Source: Gemmatimonadales bacterium
GTDB lineage: Bacteria > Gemmatimonadota > Gemmatimonadetes > Gemmatimonadales > GWC2-71-9
Reading direction: 5' to 3'
Assembly (NCBI GenBank): GCA_041613315.1
Contig: JBFJHJ010000004.1
Location: 1 to 64,000, forward strand
Length of the DNA: 64,000 nucleotides
Shown here: piece after piece, positions 18,566-28,149 of the stretch
Layout of the letters: each line of letters starts with the position of its first letter
How positions within the stretch are numbered: the stretch's first letter is position 1
The notes under the pieces: model-generated
What the model was told of the DNA's origin: nothing
The model's database searches: none
What the model saw: only the letters and a program-made list of their open reading frames with translations
Program-made: the position numbers and the translations under genes

Positions 18566-19329
18566 TGGCGACGACCGTCCGCGCCCATGTGGCGAACGGG
18601 ATCGGCCGGCTCGTGCTCGACGCGCCGCCGCTCAACATCCTCACCCGCGCCGTGCTGGCCGAGGTCCGCGACCAGCTCGCGGGACTCGCGGACGATCCCT
18701 CCCTTCGGGTCCTGATGTTCACCGCCGAGGGCCGGCACTTCTCGGCCGGCGCGGACGTGAGCGAGCACCTGCCGCCCGATGACGACGAGCTGATCCCCGA
18801 GTTCCTGGCCACGGTCGCGGCGTTGGACGCGTTTCCGCTGCCGACGGTGGCCGCCGTGCGGGGGCGTTGCCTGGGCGCCGGGTTCGAGCTGGTGCAGGCC
18901 GCCGACCTCGTCGTGGCCGGCGAGAGCGCGAGTTTCGGCCAGCCGGAGATTCGCCTCGGCGTCGTTCCCCCGGCCGCCTGTGTGCTGCTCCCCCATCTCA
19001 CGACGCGTGGCGTCGCGGCCGAGATCGCCTTCACCGGCGACGCGCTCGACGCGCGGGAGGCCGAGCGCGCCGGGCTCGTGCGCCGGGTGGTGCCCGACGC
19101 GGAACTCGAGGCGGGGGCACTGGACCTGGCGGGGCGCATCGCGCGCCACAGCGGCGCGGCACTCCGGATCGCCAAGCGCGCGCTCCGGTCCGGCGACGCT
19201 CCGGTCCGCGCCGCGGCCCTCGCCACGGCCGGCAGCCTCTACCTCGACGAACTGATGAGCACGGCGGACGCGATGGAAGGCTTGACCGCGTTCCTCGAGA
19301 AGCGCCCGCCCTCGTGGAGTCACCGATGA
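18565..19329 (+). CDS. dch: Cyclohexa-1,5-diene-1-carbonyl-CoA hydratase (enoyl-CoA hydratase family)
   Basis: HFSAGADV.EH, CLG.G.EL, GQPEI.LGV.PP; lies between oah and bcr; TGATG coupling. Confidence 0.8.
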   Translation: MATTVRAHVANGIGRLVLDAPPLNILTRAVLAEVRDQLAGLADDPSLRVLMFTAEGRHFSAGADVSEHLPPDDDELIPEFLATVAALDAFPLPTVAAVRGRCLGAGFELVQAADLVVAGESASFGQPEIRLGVVPPAACVLLPHLTTRGVAAEIAFTGDALDAREAERAGLVRRVVPDAELEAGALDLAGRIARHSGAALRIAKRALRSGDAPVRAAALATAGSLYLDELMSTADAMEGLTAFLEKRPPSWSHR

Positions 19330-20555
19330 GCGCGCCTCGGCGCACACGCCGCTCGGGGAAGCGGCGGAAGCCGCCGGCTCCGGCCGCTCCGCCGCCGGAG
19401 GTGTTCCCGGAATGGAAGGGCGGCTCCCTCGCCGACGTGCTCGAAGCCTGTCGCGAGCTTCTCGAGGACGCCGCGTTCCCGACGGTCCGCCGCTGGCGGG
19501 AGGCCAGCGGCAAGGTCTTGGGACACTTCCAGGTGTACTTCCCCGAGGAGATCGCACACGCCGGCGGGCTGCTTCCGCTCAAGGTGCGGGGCGCGCCGAT
19601 CGAGCCGACGCGGGCGGACTCGCACTTCGGCTCCTACCTGTGCTCGATCCTCAAGACCTCGCTGGAGCTCGCGCTCAGCGGGCGCGTGCAGCTCGATATG
19701 TTCGTCACGCATCCCATCTGCGATGCGGCGCGCAATCTGGCCGGCGTATGGGGACGTAACTTCGACTACCCGTGCCAGATCCTCTACCTGCCCCAGAACC
19801 CCAACTCCGCGCACGCGGCCGACTACCTGCGGGACGAATACGACCGGGTCCGCCGCATGGTCGAACAGATCACCGGCCGGACGATCACGGCGGACGACCT
19901 GCGGCGCTCCATCGCCCTGTTCAACGAGAACCGGGCGCTGCTCCGGGCGTTGTACGTGCTCAAGCGGGAGACGCCGTGGCTCGTCAGCGTGGACGAGGCG
20001 TACGCCCTGCTCGCCGTGGGCGGCCTGATCCCGCGGGAGGAGCACAACGCGCTGCTCCGCGCGGTGCTCCCGCTCCTCCGCGAGCGCGGCGCCAAACGCC
20101 AGGACCGGATCCGCGTGGTGCTGGAAGGCGGCTTCTGCGAGCAGCCGCCGCTGGACTTGATCCGCGCGATCGGCCGGTCGTGCTACGTGGTGGACGACGA
20201 TCTCTTGATCGGGCTGCGCTGGATCGTGGACGACGTCCCCCTCGAGGGCGATCCCCTGTTCAACCTGGCGGAAGCCTACCTCGATCGCTCGTCCCACAGC
20301 CCGGTGCAGCACGACCTGCGAAAACCGAAGGACCGGATGTTGCTGCGGCGCATCGCCGACGCGCGCGCGGAGGCCGCGATCGTCACCGCCGCGAAGATGT
20401 GCGAACCCGGCCTCGAAGAGCAGGTCGTGCACATTCGCACGCTCGACCGGGAGGGGATTCCGTACTTCGTGAGCGAGTTCGAGGAGAACATGACGAGCTT
20501 CGATCATCTCGAGATCCAACTCGAGACGTTCGTCGAGAACCTGCTGTTCGACTGA
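19326..20555 (+). CDS. bcrC: Benzoyl-CoA reductase subunit C
   Basis: SYLCS, ICD..RNL.G.W, PQN, EEHN, G.FCEQPPL.LI..I..SCY.VDDD, MCEP; resembles Thauera-type BcrC. Confidence 0.85.
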   Translation: MSAPRRTRRSGKRRKPPAPAAPPPEVFPEWKGGSLADVLEACRELLEDAAFPTVRRWREASGKVLGHFQVYFPEEIAHAGGLLPLKVRGAPIEPTRADSHFGSYLCSILKTSLELALSGRVQLDMFVTHPICDAARNLAGVWGRNFDYPCQILYLPQNPNSAHAADYLRDEYDRVRRMVEQITGRTITADDLRRSIALFNENRALLRALYVLKRETPWLVSVDEAYALLAVGGLIPREEHNALLRAVLPLLRERGAKRQDRIRVVLEGGFCEQPPLDLIRAIGRSCYVVDDDLLIGLRWIVDDVPLEGDPLFNLAEAYLDRSSHSPVQHDLRKPKDRMLLRRIADARAEAAIVTAAKMCEPGLEEQVVHIRTLDREGIPYFVSEFEENMTSFDHLEIQLETFVENLLFD

Positions 20556-20568
20556 GGCGGAGGCGCCC

Positions 20569-21873
20569 ATGACGGCACCGACACACGACGGTACCATCGT
20601 CGGCCGGGCCAACCGCGAGGGCGCACGGCTCTTCCGGGACTGGTTCGACGAGTTGAACGGCGTCGCGGCCGGAGACGGGCGCGCCGCGTACGTGTTCGTG
20701 ATGGGGAGCCTGGCCGAGCTGCTACGGGTGTTCGACCTGCCGGTCGTCTTCCCCGAGATCAACTCTCTCCAGACGGCGGTCCGACGGGTGGCGCACGAGT
20801 ACCTGAACGAGGCCGAGGACTACGGCTACTCGCCGGACATCTGCGGCTATGTCAAGGCCGACGTGGCGGTGCAGCTTCGCGGCGGCGAGCACCCGATGGG
20901 CCGGATCCCGAAACCGGCGATCGCGGTCACCACCAATGCGTGCAACACGTACATCAAGTGGGCCGAGATCTGGGAGCGCATGTATGGCATCCCGGTCTGC
21001 ACTCTGGACGTGCCCGGCTCCAGGGCCGACGGGGCGCAGACGTGGCCCGGCGACCCGGAATTCGAGCGTGACCACCGCTACGTCCAGGCCCAGATCGAGG
21101 AGCTGATCCCCGTGCTCGAGCGCGTGACCCGAGTGCGCTTCGACATCGATCGGCTGCGGGAGACGATGGGTCACGCCAACGCGATGAGCCGCGGGTGGCA
21201 CCGGGCACTAGAGCTCAATCAGAGCGTCCCGTCGGTGTTCAGCGCGCTGTCCGACGGCACGATCTACCTCGGCGTCTCGAACGGCTTCCGCGGGACCGCC
21301 GAGGGCGCCCGGTTCTTCAACGAGCTCGTGCAAGAGCTCGAATACAAGTCCGCACAGGGGATCGGCACGCTGACCGACGAGTGCCACCGCCTGCTCTTCG
21401 TGGGCGTTCCGTGTTACCCCATCTTCCGCCGGTTCAACGAGCTGTTCACCGAGTGGGGCGGCACGTTCGTCAACTCGACGTACCTCTGGTTCGCGTCGGG
21501 CGGCTCCAACCTCGGCTTCCAATACGATCTCGACCGGCCGCTCGCGAGCCTCGCCGAGGGTGTGCTGATCGGCGTGCGGGACGCGATGGACAGCATGTTC
21601 TTTCAGACGCGGATCCTGCTGGACATGATCGACGGCTACCGCGCCGACGGGATCGTCTACCACCCCATCAAGAGTTGTCGCACCGTCTCGACGGGGCTGG
21701 CGGACAACCGGCGGGCGCTGATGGCGGCGCGGGACATCCCTAGTCTGTTCATCGAGTCCGACATGATGGATCGCCGGGTCGTGTCGGAAGCCCAGCTCAA
21801 GAACCGGATCGACGCCTTCTTCGAGGGGCTCGCGTCGCGCAGACAGCGGGCGGCGATCGGCACCCCGGCGTAA
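20569..21873 (+). CDS. bcrB: Benzoyl-CoA reductase subunit B
   Basis: PEIN.LQ, DIC.YVKAD, C.T..KW.E, FDIDRLRE, FRGTA, IKSC, IESD..D.R.......KNR; resembles BcrB. Confidence 0.85.
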   Translation: MTAPTHDGTIVGRANREGARLFRDWFDELNGVAAGDGRAAYVFVMGSLAELLRVFDLPVVFPEINSLQTAVRRVAHEYLNEAEDYGYSPDICGYVKADVAVQLRGGEHPMGRIPKPAIAVTTNACNTYIKWAEIWERMYGIPVCTLDVPGSRADGAQTWPGDPEFERDHRYVQAQIEELIPVLERVTRVRFDIDRLRETMGHANAMSRGWHRALELNQSVPSVFSALSDGTIYLGVSNGFRGTAEGARFFNELVQELEYKSAQGIGTLTDECHRLLFVGVPCYPIFRRFNELFTEWGGTFVNSTYLWFASGGSNLGFQYDLDRPLASLAEGVLIGVRDAMDSMFFQTRILLDMIDGYRADGIVYHPIKSCRTVSTGLADNRRALMAARDIPSLFIESDMMDRRVVSEAQLKNRIDAFFEGLASRRQRAAIGTPA

Positions 21874-21935
21874 CGGGCAGGCCGCGGCTCGCCTGAGCCG
21901 CTCCGGCCGAGCGCCGGCGCAGCAGAGGAGATGTC

Positions 21936-22754
21936 ATGGCATACGCAGCGGGCGTGGACGTCGGCTCGACGCAGACCAAGGCCGTGATCCTCACCGAAGA
22001 CGGGGGGATCGTCGGCCGGGCGCTGAGCGACACGGGCGCCAACGTGATCCGGGCCGCCGAGGCGACGTTCGCCCAGGCGCTGCGGGAGGCGGACCTCCGC
22101 GAGGAAGAGGTGGAGTACGTGGTCGGCACGGGGTACGGGCGCTACAAGGTGACCTTCGGCAACACGCAGGTGACCGAGATCTCCTGCCATGGACGCGGCG
22201 GGGTCCACATGTTCCCGGGGACGCACACCGTGCTCGACATGGGCGGTCAGGACACCAAGGCCATCCGTGTCGCGCCCTCCGGCGAGATCCTGGACTTCTG
22301 CATGAACGACAAGTGCGCCGCCGGCACCGGCCGGTTCCTGGGGGCGGCGTCGAGCGCCCTCGAGATCCCGCTCGACGAGCTGGGACCCACGGCGCTGCGC
22401 GGCGAGCGCCCGGTCAAGATCAGCACGACGTGCACGGTGTTCGCGGAATCCGAAGTCCTCTCATGGCTCGGCAAAGGGAAGAAGATCGAAGACATCCTGC
22501 TGGGCATCCACCAGTCCATCGCGGCGCGCTCCGTGGGTCTGCTGCGACGCGTCGGGATCGAGGAGGAGGTGACCTTCACCGGTGGCGTCGCGCGCAATGC
22601 CGCGATGATCGAGGCGCTCAACGAACGTCTGGCACTCCGCGTGAACGTGAGTGCCGACTCCCACTACATGGGCGCGCTCGGTGCTGCTCTGTTCGCGCTG
22701 GATCACATCCTGAGCAGCCGCGCTCCGGTACGGGCTGCGAAGGATGCGCCATGA
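21936..22754 (+). CDS. bcrA: Benzoyl-CoA reductase ATP-binding subunit (short BcrA/BzdQ-like)
   Basis: [57 protein letters not shown]. Confidence 0.75.
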   Translation: MAYAAGVDVGSTQTKAVILTEDGGIVGRALSDTGANVIRAAEATFAQALREADLREEEVEYVVGTGYGRYKVTFGNTQVTEISCHGRGGVHMFPGTHTVLDMGGQDTKAIRVAPSGEILDFCMNDKCAAGTGRFLGAASSALEIPLDELGPTALRGERPVKISTTCTVFAESEVLSWLGKGKKIEDILLGIHQSIAARSVGLLRRVGIEEEVTFTGGVARNAAMIEALNERLALRVNVSADSHYMGALGAALFALDHILSSRAPVRAAKDAP

Positions 22755-23617
22755 TCTACACGGCGGGCATCGACGTCGGGTCCACCTACACCAAGGCGGT
22801 CGTGCTCCATGAGGGCCGGGAGATCGTCGGTCGTGCCATGGAGCCGACGGGGTTCCGGCTGGCCGAGGTCGCGGAGCGGACGCTGCACGCCGCCTTGGAC
22901 GCCGCCAAGCTCTCGGTCGAGTACCTGGAGTACGTGGTCGCCACCGGCTTCGGTCGTCACCAGACCACCGTCGCCGACGTGCAGGTCACGGACCTCACCG
23001 CCGCCGCGCGGGGCACCACGTTCTTCTTCCCCGGCACGCGCACGGTGCTGGACATCGGCGGGCAGACGATGAAGGCGAGCCGACTGGACGAGGCGATCAA
23101 GGTGAAATCGTTCCGGCTCAACGACAAGTGCGCGGCGGGAACCGGCGCGTTCCTGGAGAAGACGGCGCGGTACATGGGCTACACGACGGACGAGATCGGC
23201 CCGCTGGTCGAGACCTCGAAGGAGCCGGTGCCGATCTCCGGCGTCTGCGCCGTGTTTGCCGAATCGGAGGTGATCAACCACCTGTCCCAGGGAACGGCGC
23301 CGGCGGACATCATGCACGGCGCGATCGTCTCGCTGGTCGGCCGCTCGGTGCAGCTCATGAAGCGGGTGCGCATGGAGCCCGAGTACACGCTGATCGGCGG
23401 CATCCTGCGATTCCACCGCATGGCGAGCGTGATCCGGGAACACCTCGGCGCGGACGTCAACGTGCCGGAGGGCGATCTCGTGCAGTACACGGCGGCGCTG
23501 GGGGCGGCGGTGCTCGGTCACCGCCGCCTGCATCGGCTTGCTGAAGCCGGCGTCGCCCCGAACGGCCTCCAGACGTCCCTCGCCTCCGACGGCGTCCAGG
23601 CGCGCCGCAAAGTGTGA
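22751..23617 (+). CDS. bcrD: Benzoyl-CoA reductase ATP-binding subunit D (BcrD/BzdP-like)
   Basis: [44 protein letters not shown] overlap with the preceding gene. Confidence 0.75.
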   Translation: MIYTAGIDVGSTYTKAVVLHEGREIVGRAMEPTGFRLAEVAERTLHAALDAAKLSVEYLEYVVATGFGRHQTTVADVQVTDLTAAARGTTFFFPGTRTVLDIGGQTMKASRLDEAIKVKSFRLNDKCAAGTGAFLEKTARYMGYTTDEIGPLVETSKEPVPISGVCAVFAESEVINHLSQGTAPADIMHGAIVSLVGRSVQLMKRVRMEPEYTLIGGILRFHRMASVIREHLGADVNVPEGDLVQYTAALGAAVLGHRRLHRLAEAGVAPNGLQTSLASDGVQARRKV

Positions 23618-23620
23618 CGC

Positions 23621-23953
23621 ATGCCGGGTTCCGAGCGCGGCCCCGATCAACCGTCCGAGCCCCGGAGCCCACGCTCGCTGGCGTTCATCGTGGAGCAGGA
23701 AGCGCGCCGCGTGCTCTCCGAGAGTGAACTGGCGCCCGATCCCGCGCGGATCGCGCAGGGGTGGCAGCGCCGCTTCATCACGGACGTGGACCGAGTCGAC
23801 GAGCTGGCCGCGCTGTATCGCGACCTCGGCTATGAGGTCAGTGTCGATCCGGTACGGCCGGAGGAGCTGGCCGGGGAGTGTGACGACTGTCAGCTCGTGC
23901 TGCTGCGTCGGTTTCACACGATCTACACGCGCAAGAAACGGGATACTCCATGA
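23621..23953 (+). CDS. Small hypothetical protein with CxxC
   Basis: Fills the bcrD-had gap with ATGA coupling; GW.RRF...R..E....Y..LG.EV...CDDC......IYTR. Confidence 0.75.
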   Translation: MPGSERGPDQPSEPRSPRSLAFIVEQEARRVLSESELAPDPARIAQGWQRRFITDVDRVDELAALYRDLGYEVSVDPVRPEELAGECDDCQLVLLRRFHTIYTRKKRDTP

Positions 23954-24972
23954 GAGCCGCCGTCTTCTGCGGGCCGAACCGGCCGCTCGAGGTCACCGAG
24001 GTGGCGACGCCCGAGCCCAAGCGAGGCGAGGTGCTGGTCGCGGTCGCCGGCTGCGGGATGTGCCACACCGACCTCCACTACCTCGATCACGGCGTCAAGA
24101 CGTTCAAGGACCCCCCTATCATTCTCGGCCACGAAGCCGCGGGCACCGTGGCGGCCCTGGGCGACGACGTCTCGGGCGTCGCCGAGGGGGACCGCGTCCT
24201 CATCCCCGCGGTGCTCTCGTGCGGGCGGTGCCGCCCGTGCCGGGCGGGGCGGGAGAACCTCTGCGAGCACCTGCGCATGTTGGGCAATCATATGGACGGC
24301 GCCTACGCGGAGTTCGTGGCCGTGCCCGCGGCGGAGGTCGTCTCGGTGCCGCCGGGGCTCCCTCTCGAACAGGCGTGCGTCATCGCCGATGCGGTCTCGA
24401 CGCCGTATCACGCCGTCAAGCATCGCGGCCGCGTCCGGCCGGGGGATACGGTGGCGGTGGTGGGCTGCGGCGGCGTGGGCCTCAACGTGGTGCAATGCGC
24501 CGCCACGGCGGGGGCACGGGTTCTCGCGCTCGACGTGAACGACCAGCGGCTCGCCATCGCCCGCGCGCTCGGCGCCAGCGAGACTCTGAACCCGCGTAGC
24601 ACGGAGCGACCGGACAAGCACGTCCGCAAGCTCACCGGTGGCGGCGTGGACGTCGCGTTCGAGGCGATCGGCAATCCGGAGACGATCCGGCTGGCGTTCA
24701 ATCTGCTGCGCCCCGGCGGCCGGCTGTGCATCATCGGCTTCTCGCACGAAGAGGTATCCCTCTCCGCCGCGAAGATCATGTTCTACGAGCTCGAAGTGGT
24801 GGGGAGCCTGGGGTGCGGTGGCGGAGAGTACCCGGAGATCCTCGGTCTCGTGCAAGCAGGCCGGATCGCGCTGGACCCGATCGTGAGCGGCACGATCCCG
24901 CTGGACGACATCAACGAGGGCTTCGACCGCCTGCGGCGTGGCGAGGGAGTGCGATGGGTCGTGACGCCGTAA
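23950..24972 (+). CDS. had: 6-hydroxycyclohex-1-ene-1-carbonyl-CoA dehydrogenase (Zn-dependent MDR)
   Basis: CG.CHTDL, GHE, C..C..C.......C, IADAVSTPY, GCGGVG; pathway context. Confidence 0.8.
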   Translation: MRAAVFCGPNRPLEVTEVATPEPKRGEVLVAVAGCGMCHTDLHYLDHGVKTFKDPPIILGHEAAGTVAALGDDVSGVAEGDRVLIPAVLSCGRCRPCRAGRENLCEHLRMLGNHMDGAYAEFVAVPAAEVVSVPPGLPLEQACVIADAVSTPYHAVKHRGRVRPGDTVAVVGCGGVGLNVVQCAATAGARVLALDVNDQRLAIARALGASETLNPRSTERPDKHVRKLTGGGVDVAFEAIGNPETIRLAFNLLRPGGRLCIIGFSHEEVSLSAAKIMFYELEVVGSLGCGGGEYPEILGLVQAGRIALDPIVSGTIPLDDINEGFDRLRRGEGVRWVVTP

Positions 24973-25006
24973 GCGCGATGCCCGGACGCCGGGAGCGCCG
25001 GCTCCA

Positions 25007-26182
25007 ATGACACGGACCTTTGACGCCGTGATCATCGGCGGCGGTATCATGGGCTGCGCCACCGCCTTCGAGCTCGCTCAGCGGGGGCTCACGGTCGCCG
25101 TGCTCGAGAAGGATTTCCTCGCCGCCGGCTCCACTGGGAAGTCCTCCGCGATCATCCGGCAGCACTACTCCAACGAGCTGACCGCGCGGATGGCGCTCTA
25201 CAGCCTGCGCGTCTTTCAACACTTCCGGGACCAGGTGGGAAATGATTCCGGCTTCCGGCAGACCGGATTTCTCGCGCTCGTCCCGGCGGGCGACCGCACG
25301 GCGCTCGAGGCCAACGTCGCGCTCCAGCGCTCGGTGGGGATCGATGCCACGCTCGTGGACCCGACGGACATTCGCGAGCTGTTCCCCGGCCTCGCGACGG
25401 CCGATCTCAGCGCGGCCGCGTACGAGCCGGATGCCGGGTATGCCGATCCCCACTTGACGACGTGCGCGTACGCCGACGCCGCCAAGCGGCACGGGGCACG
25501 GATCCACGTCGACGCCGACGTCACGGCAATACGGTTTGCGGGCGACCGCGTGGCCGGCGTCGAGACGCCTCGCGAGCGGTTCGATGCCCCCGTCGTGATC
25601 AACTGTGCCGGACCATGGGGCGCCTGCGTCGCCGCACTTGCGGGCGTGGAGCTGCCGATCAACCCCTGTCGGGTGCAGGTCGCGGTGTTCCGGCGGCCGC
25701 CCGACGTCGCGGCGACACACCCGGTCGTCCTCGACTTCGTCCATGGCACCTACGTCCGTCCGGAAATCGGCCGGCTCTCGTTCGTGGGGTCGATCGACCC
25801 GGCCGAGGCGAACGCCCTCGTGGATCCCGATGATTACCCCGAGCACGCGGACTTCGCGTTCGTCTCGGACATGGGCGAGCGGGTGGTGCGCCGCTACCCG
25901 GCCATGCTCCAGAGCGAGGCCATGGGCGGCTTCGCGGGACTCTACGGTGTGACGCCGGACTGGCATCCAGTCGTGGACGAGTTGCCGTCGGGTAGCGGAT
26001 GCTACGTGTGCGCCGGCTTCAGCGGCCACGGCTTCAAGCTCGGCCCGGCCGTCGGGCGCATGATGGCCGACATCGTCACCGGGGCAGGTGCGCCACTCTT
26101 CCCGACCGACCGGTTCCGTCTGTCCCGGTATGCCGCGCACGAGCCGGTGCGGGGCCAGTATGCTTACAGCATCGTCGGCTGA
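25007..26182 (+). CDS. FAD-dependent amine oxidoreductase (DAO / sarcosine oxidase beta-like)
   Basis: IIGGGIMG, GSTG.S.AIIR.HY, TPD.HP, GFSGHGFKLGP. Confidence 0.88.
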   Translation: MTRTFDAVIIGGGIMGCATAFELAQRGLTVAVLEKDFLAAGSTGKSSAIIRQHYSNELTARMALYSLRVFQHFRDQVGNDSGFRQTGFLALVPAGDRTALEANVALQRSVGIDATLVDPTDIRELFPGLATADLSAAAYEPDAGYADPHLTTCAYADAAKRHGARIHVDADVTAIRFAGDRVAGVETPRERFDAPVVINCAGPWGACVAALAGVELPINPCRVQVAVFRRPPDVAATHPVVLDFVHGTYVRPEIGRLSFVGSIDPAEANALVDPDDYPEHADFAFVSDMGERVVRRYPAMLQSEAMGGFAGLYGVTPDWHPVVDELPSGSGCYVCAGFSGHGFKLGPAVGRMMADIVTGAGAPLFPTDRFRLSRYAAHEPVRGQYAYSIVG

Positions 26183-26243
26183 CGGCCGGCGGCGCCCAGC
26201 GCTCGTTGTGGACGCCTCAGTACACCCGTAAGGAGATCACCCG

Positions 26244-26705
26244 ATGCACCCTCACGAATCCCCTGATCCGCTGCGGCGCTTCGAGCTCGAGCACCAAGAG
26301 GCCCTCACGGCACTCGACAAGCTCGAAGCGGCGACCCACGCCCTCGAAAAGGGAGCGAATACGCCCCTCGCCCTCCAGACGGTCGGGGAGGTGTACCGGT
26401 TCCTCAGTACCACCGTGCGACAACACAATGAGAACGAGGAGCGCGCCCTGTTCGCCTGTCTCGGCGAGGACGCGCCGACGTCGGTGTTCGAGCTAGAGCA
26501 CGAGGAGCTTCGCGCACTCGAACGACGGCTCGGCCGTGCGCTGGACGGCCCCGATCCCGTGCGGCAGGTGCCGGAGATCGCGCGCGCTATCGTGGACCTC
26601 CTCCGCGCGCACATCGCGCGGGAGGACGACGTGCTGTTCCCGATGGCGCGCGCCCTCCTCGGGCCCGCCGGGCTGCGGCAGGTCGCGCGCTTTCTGCCGG
26701 ACTGA
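26244..26705 (+). CDS. Hemerythrin (HHE) domain protein
   Basis: EH...H...EE..LF and EH...H..RED.VLFP motifs; AAGGAG RBS. Confidence 0.88.
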   Translation: MHPHESPDPLRRFELEHQEALTALDKLEAATHALEKGANTPLALQTVGEVYRFLSTTVRQHNENEERALFACLGEDAPTSVFELEHEELRALERRLGRALDGPDPVRQVPEIARAIVDLLRAHIAREDDVLFPMARALLGPAGLRQVARFLPD

Positions 26706-26710
26706 CGCCG

Positions 26711-26887
26711 TCAGACGGTCTTGATCGCCGCCTTGACCTTCTTGGCCATGTCCGGCGTGACTTCCTTGACGCCGTGTTTCTCCTTGGCGTGCGCGGCACC
26801 CTTTTTCATCACTTCATCCTCGGTCTGGCCCCGGATCACGTGGGCGCAGCCGGGCATGACGTCGCCACAGCGCAGCTCTTTCGGCAT
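26711..26887 (-). CDS. DUF1059-family small metal-binding protein
   Basis: MPKELRCGDVMPGC...G.TEDEV......HA.EKHG; AGGAGG RBS. Confidence 0.85.
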   Translation of the reverse strand: MPKELRCGDVMPGCAHVIRGQTEDEVMKKGAAHAKEKHGVKEVTPDMAKKVKAAIKTV

Positions 26888-27223
26888 ACTCTCGCCTCCT
26901 TCTCGGTCGACAGGATCTGTCGGATGCTCGCCGCTGCAGCCGCAAGAGTACCTGCGACCGCGACGGCCTCTCGAATCATGATGCCTCACGCGGGCGATGG
27001 GAAGGGCCGTTCGCCCGTGACTCAGGTTTCTTGAATCCCAATATCAGATTCTTTGAATCCCGATATCAGTAATAGACCGATGGCCGGCGGCCGTGTGTAG
27101 GGGCATTGTATTAGGGGTGAGATGGCACGACAGTTTTCGTGCTGCACACGTCCACCCTCACTACGAGCCGCCGCTCGTCGCGGTAACGGCGACGACTATT
27201 TCTGATAACATGTGGAGGCGTTC

Positions 27224-27931
27224 ATGAAGACGTCCATTCTGGTGCTGGGGATCGCGGTGCTCGGACTCACCGGCTCGGCCCCTCGAGCGCCCGAAGCGCC
27301 CGACGTGGCTGACCTCGACTTCACGATCGTCACCGCCCCTGAAGCGGGTGGTGCGGTGTACGTCAACAAGATCCCGAAGGGCAACGCCCCAGTCCGTTAT
27401 ACGGAGAAGAAGGTCAACAAGAACGGTATTTGGGTCATCAGCGCCGAAAAGGCCGGTACGATCAGCTATCCAGCGACGAACTATACCTATAATCAACTGG
27501 ACAAGATGAAGCCGAGGATCGTCACGATCCGGCTTGACCCCGACCAGGCCTTTACCGAGACCGTGAGCGTCGAAATCGCCAACAACTGGCTGACGATCGC
27601 ACCAAGACACACGGACGACCAGGACGTGGTGTGGATGAAGATCGTAAGCATTGTCACGGATAATTTCCCGGACGTCGAGCACATGGATCGGAGTAGTTTC
27701 TACCTGCGAACCGCCTGGCGCGTGCGAGACTACGGCCTGAGCGCCATTCGGAGCCGGCTGATCGTGAAACTCGGTACCGCCGACCCACTATCGATCAAAA
27801 TCCAGCTGGAGAGCCAGCGGGCGGTAAAGAAAGCACAGAGCGGCGGGATATCCGCAGAGGACTACCTGCCGTACGACCGGGTGCTGACGAAGGACAAAGA
27901 AACGATCGACTTTCTCCGCGATCAGCTATAA
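27224..27931 (+). CDS. Hypothetical secreted protein
   Basis: GGAGG RBS, signal peptide MKTSILVLGIAVLGL, AT-richer codon usage than neighbours. Confidence 0.7.
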   Translation: MKTSILVLGIAVLGLTGSAPRAPEAPDVADLDFTIVTAPEAGGAVYVNKIPKGNAPVRYTEKKVNKNGIWVISAEKAGTISYPATNYTYNQLDKMKPRIVTIRLDPDQAFTETVSVEIANNWLTIAPRHTDDQDVVWMKIVSIVTDNFPDVEHMDRSSFYLRTAWRVRDYGLSAIRSRLIVKLGTADPLSIKIQLESQRAVKKAQSGGISAEDYLPYDRVLTKDKETIDFLRDQL

Positions 27932-27997
27932 TGGGCCCCCGGCGGCGCCGGATACCGCCGGGCGAGCCGGGGATGCGTCACTGCCGGGCGCTGAATG

Positions 27998-28028
27998 AGC
28001 GGCCTCTTCCGGGGGGCCGCTTCTTCTT
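27998..28028 (+). terminator. Rho-independent terminator
   Basis: AGCGGCCTCT-tccg-GGGGGCCGCT stem (with G-U pairs) followed by TCTTCTT. Confidence 0.7.
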
Positions 28029-28149
28029 ACGATAGAGCCGGCCTCATCCAGCCCAGTGATGCTCCGCACCGTGGCGCGCGGGCCGTGCGGAGCGTCCGGC
28101 GCCCCCCCCGCGTGGCGGCCGGCGTTATCTTATGGCGGGGGTCACGCCG

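Noticed and set aside
19326..23617. 2-hydroxyacyl-CoA dehydratase plus activator instead of BCR
   Set aside because: Two distinct ATPase subunits together with flanking oah, dch and had homologs favour benzoyl-CoA reductase.
27031..27069. CRISPR remnant or tRNA 3' att site (GAATCCCA matches the T-arm)
   Set aside because: Only two units with a 5-nt gap and no cas genes; the tRNA match is only 8 nt.
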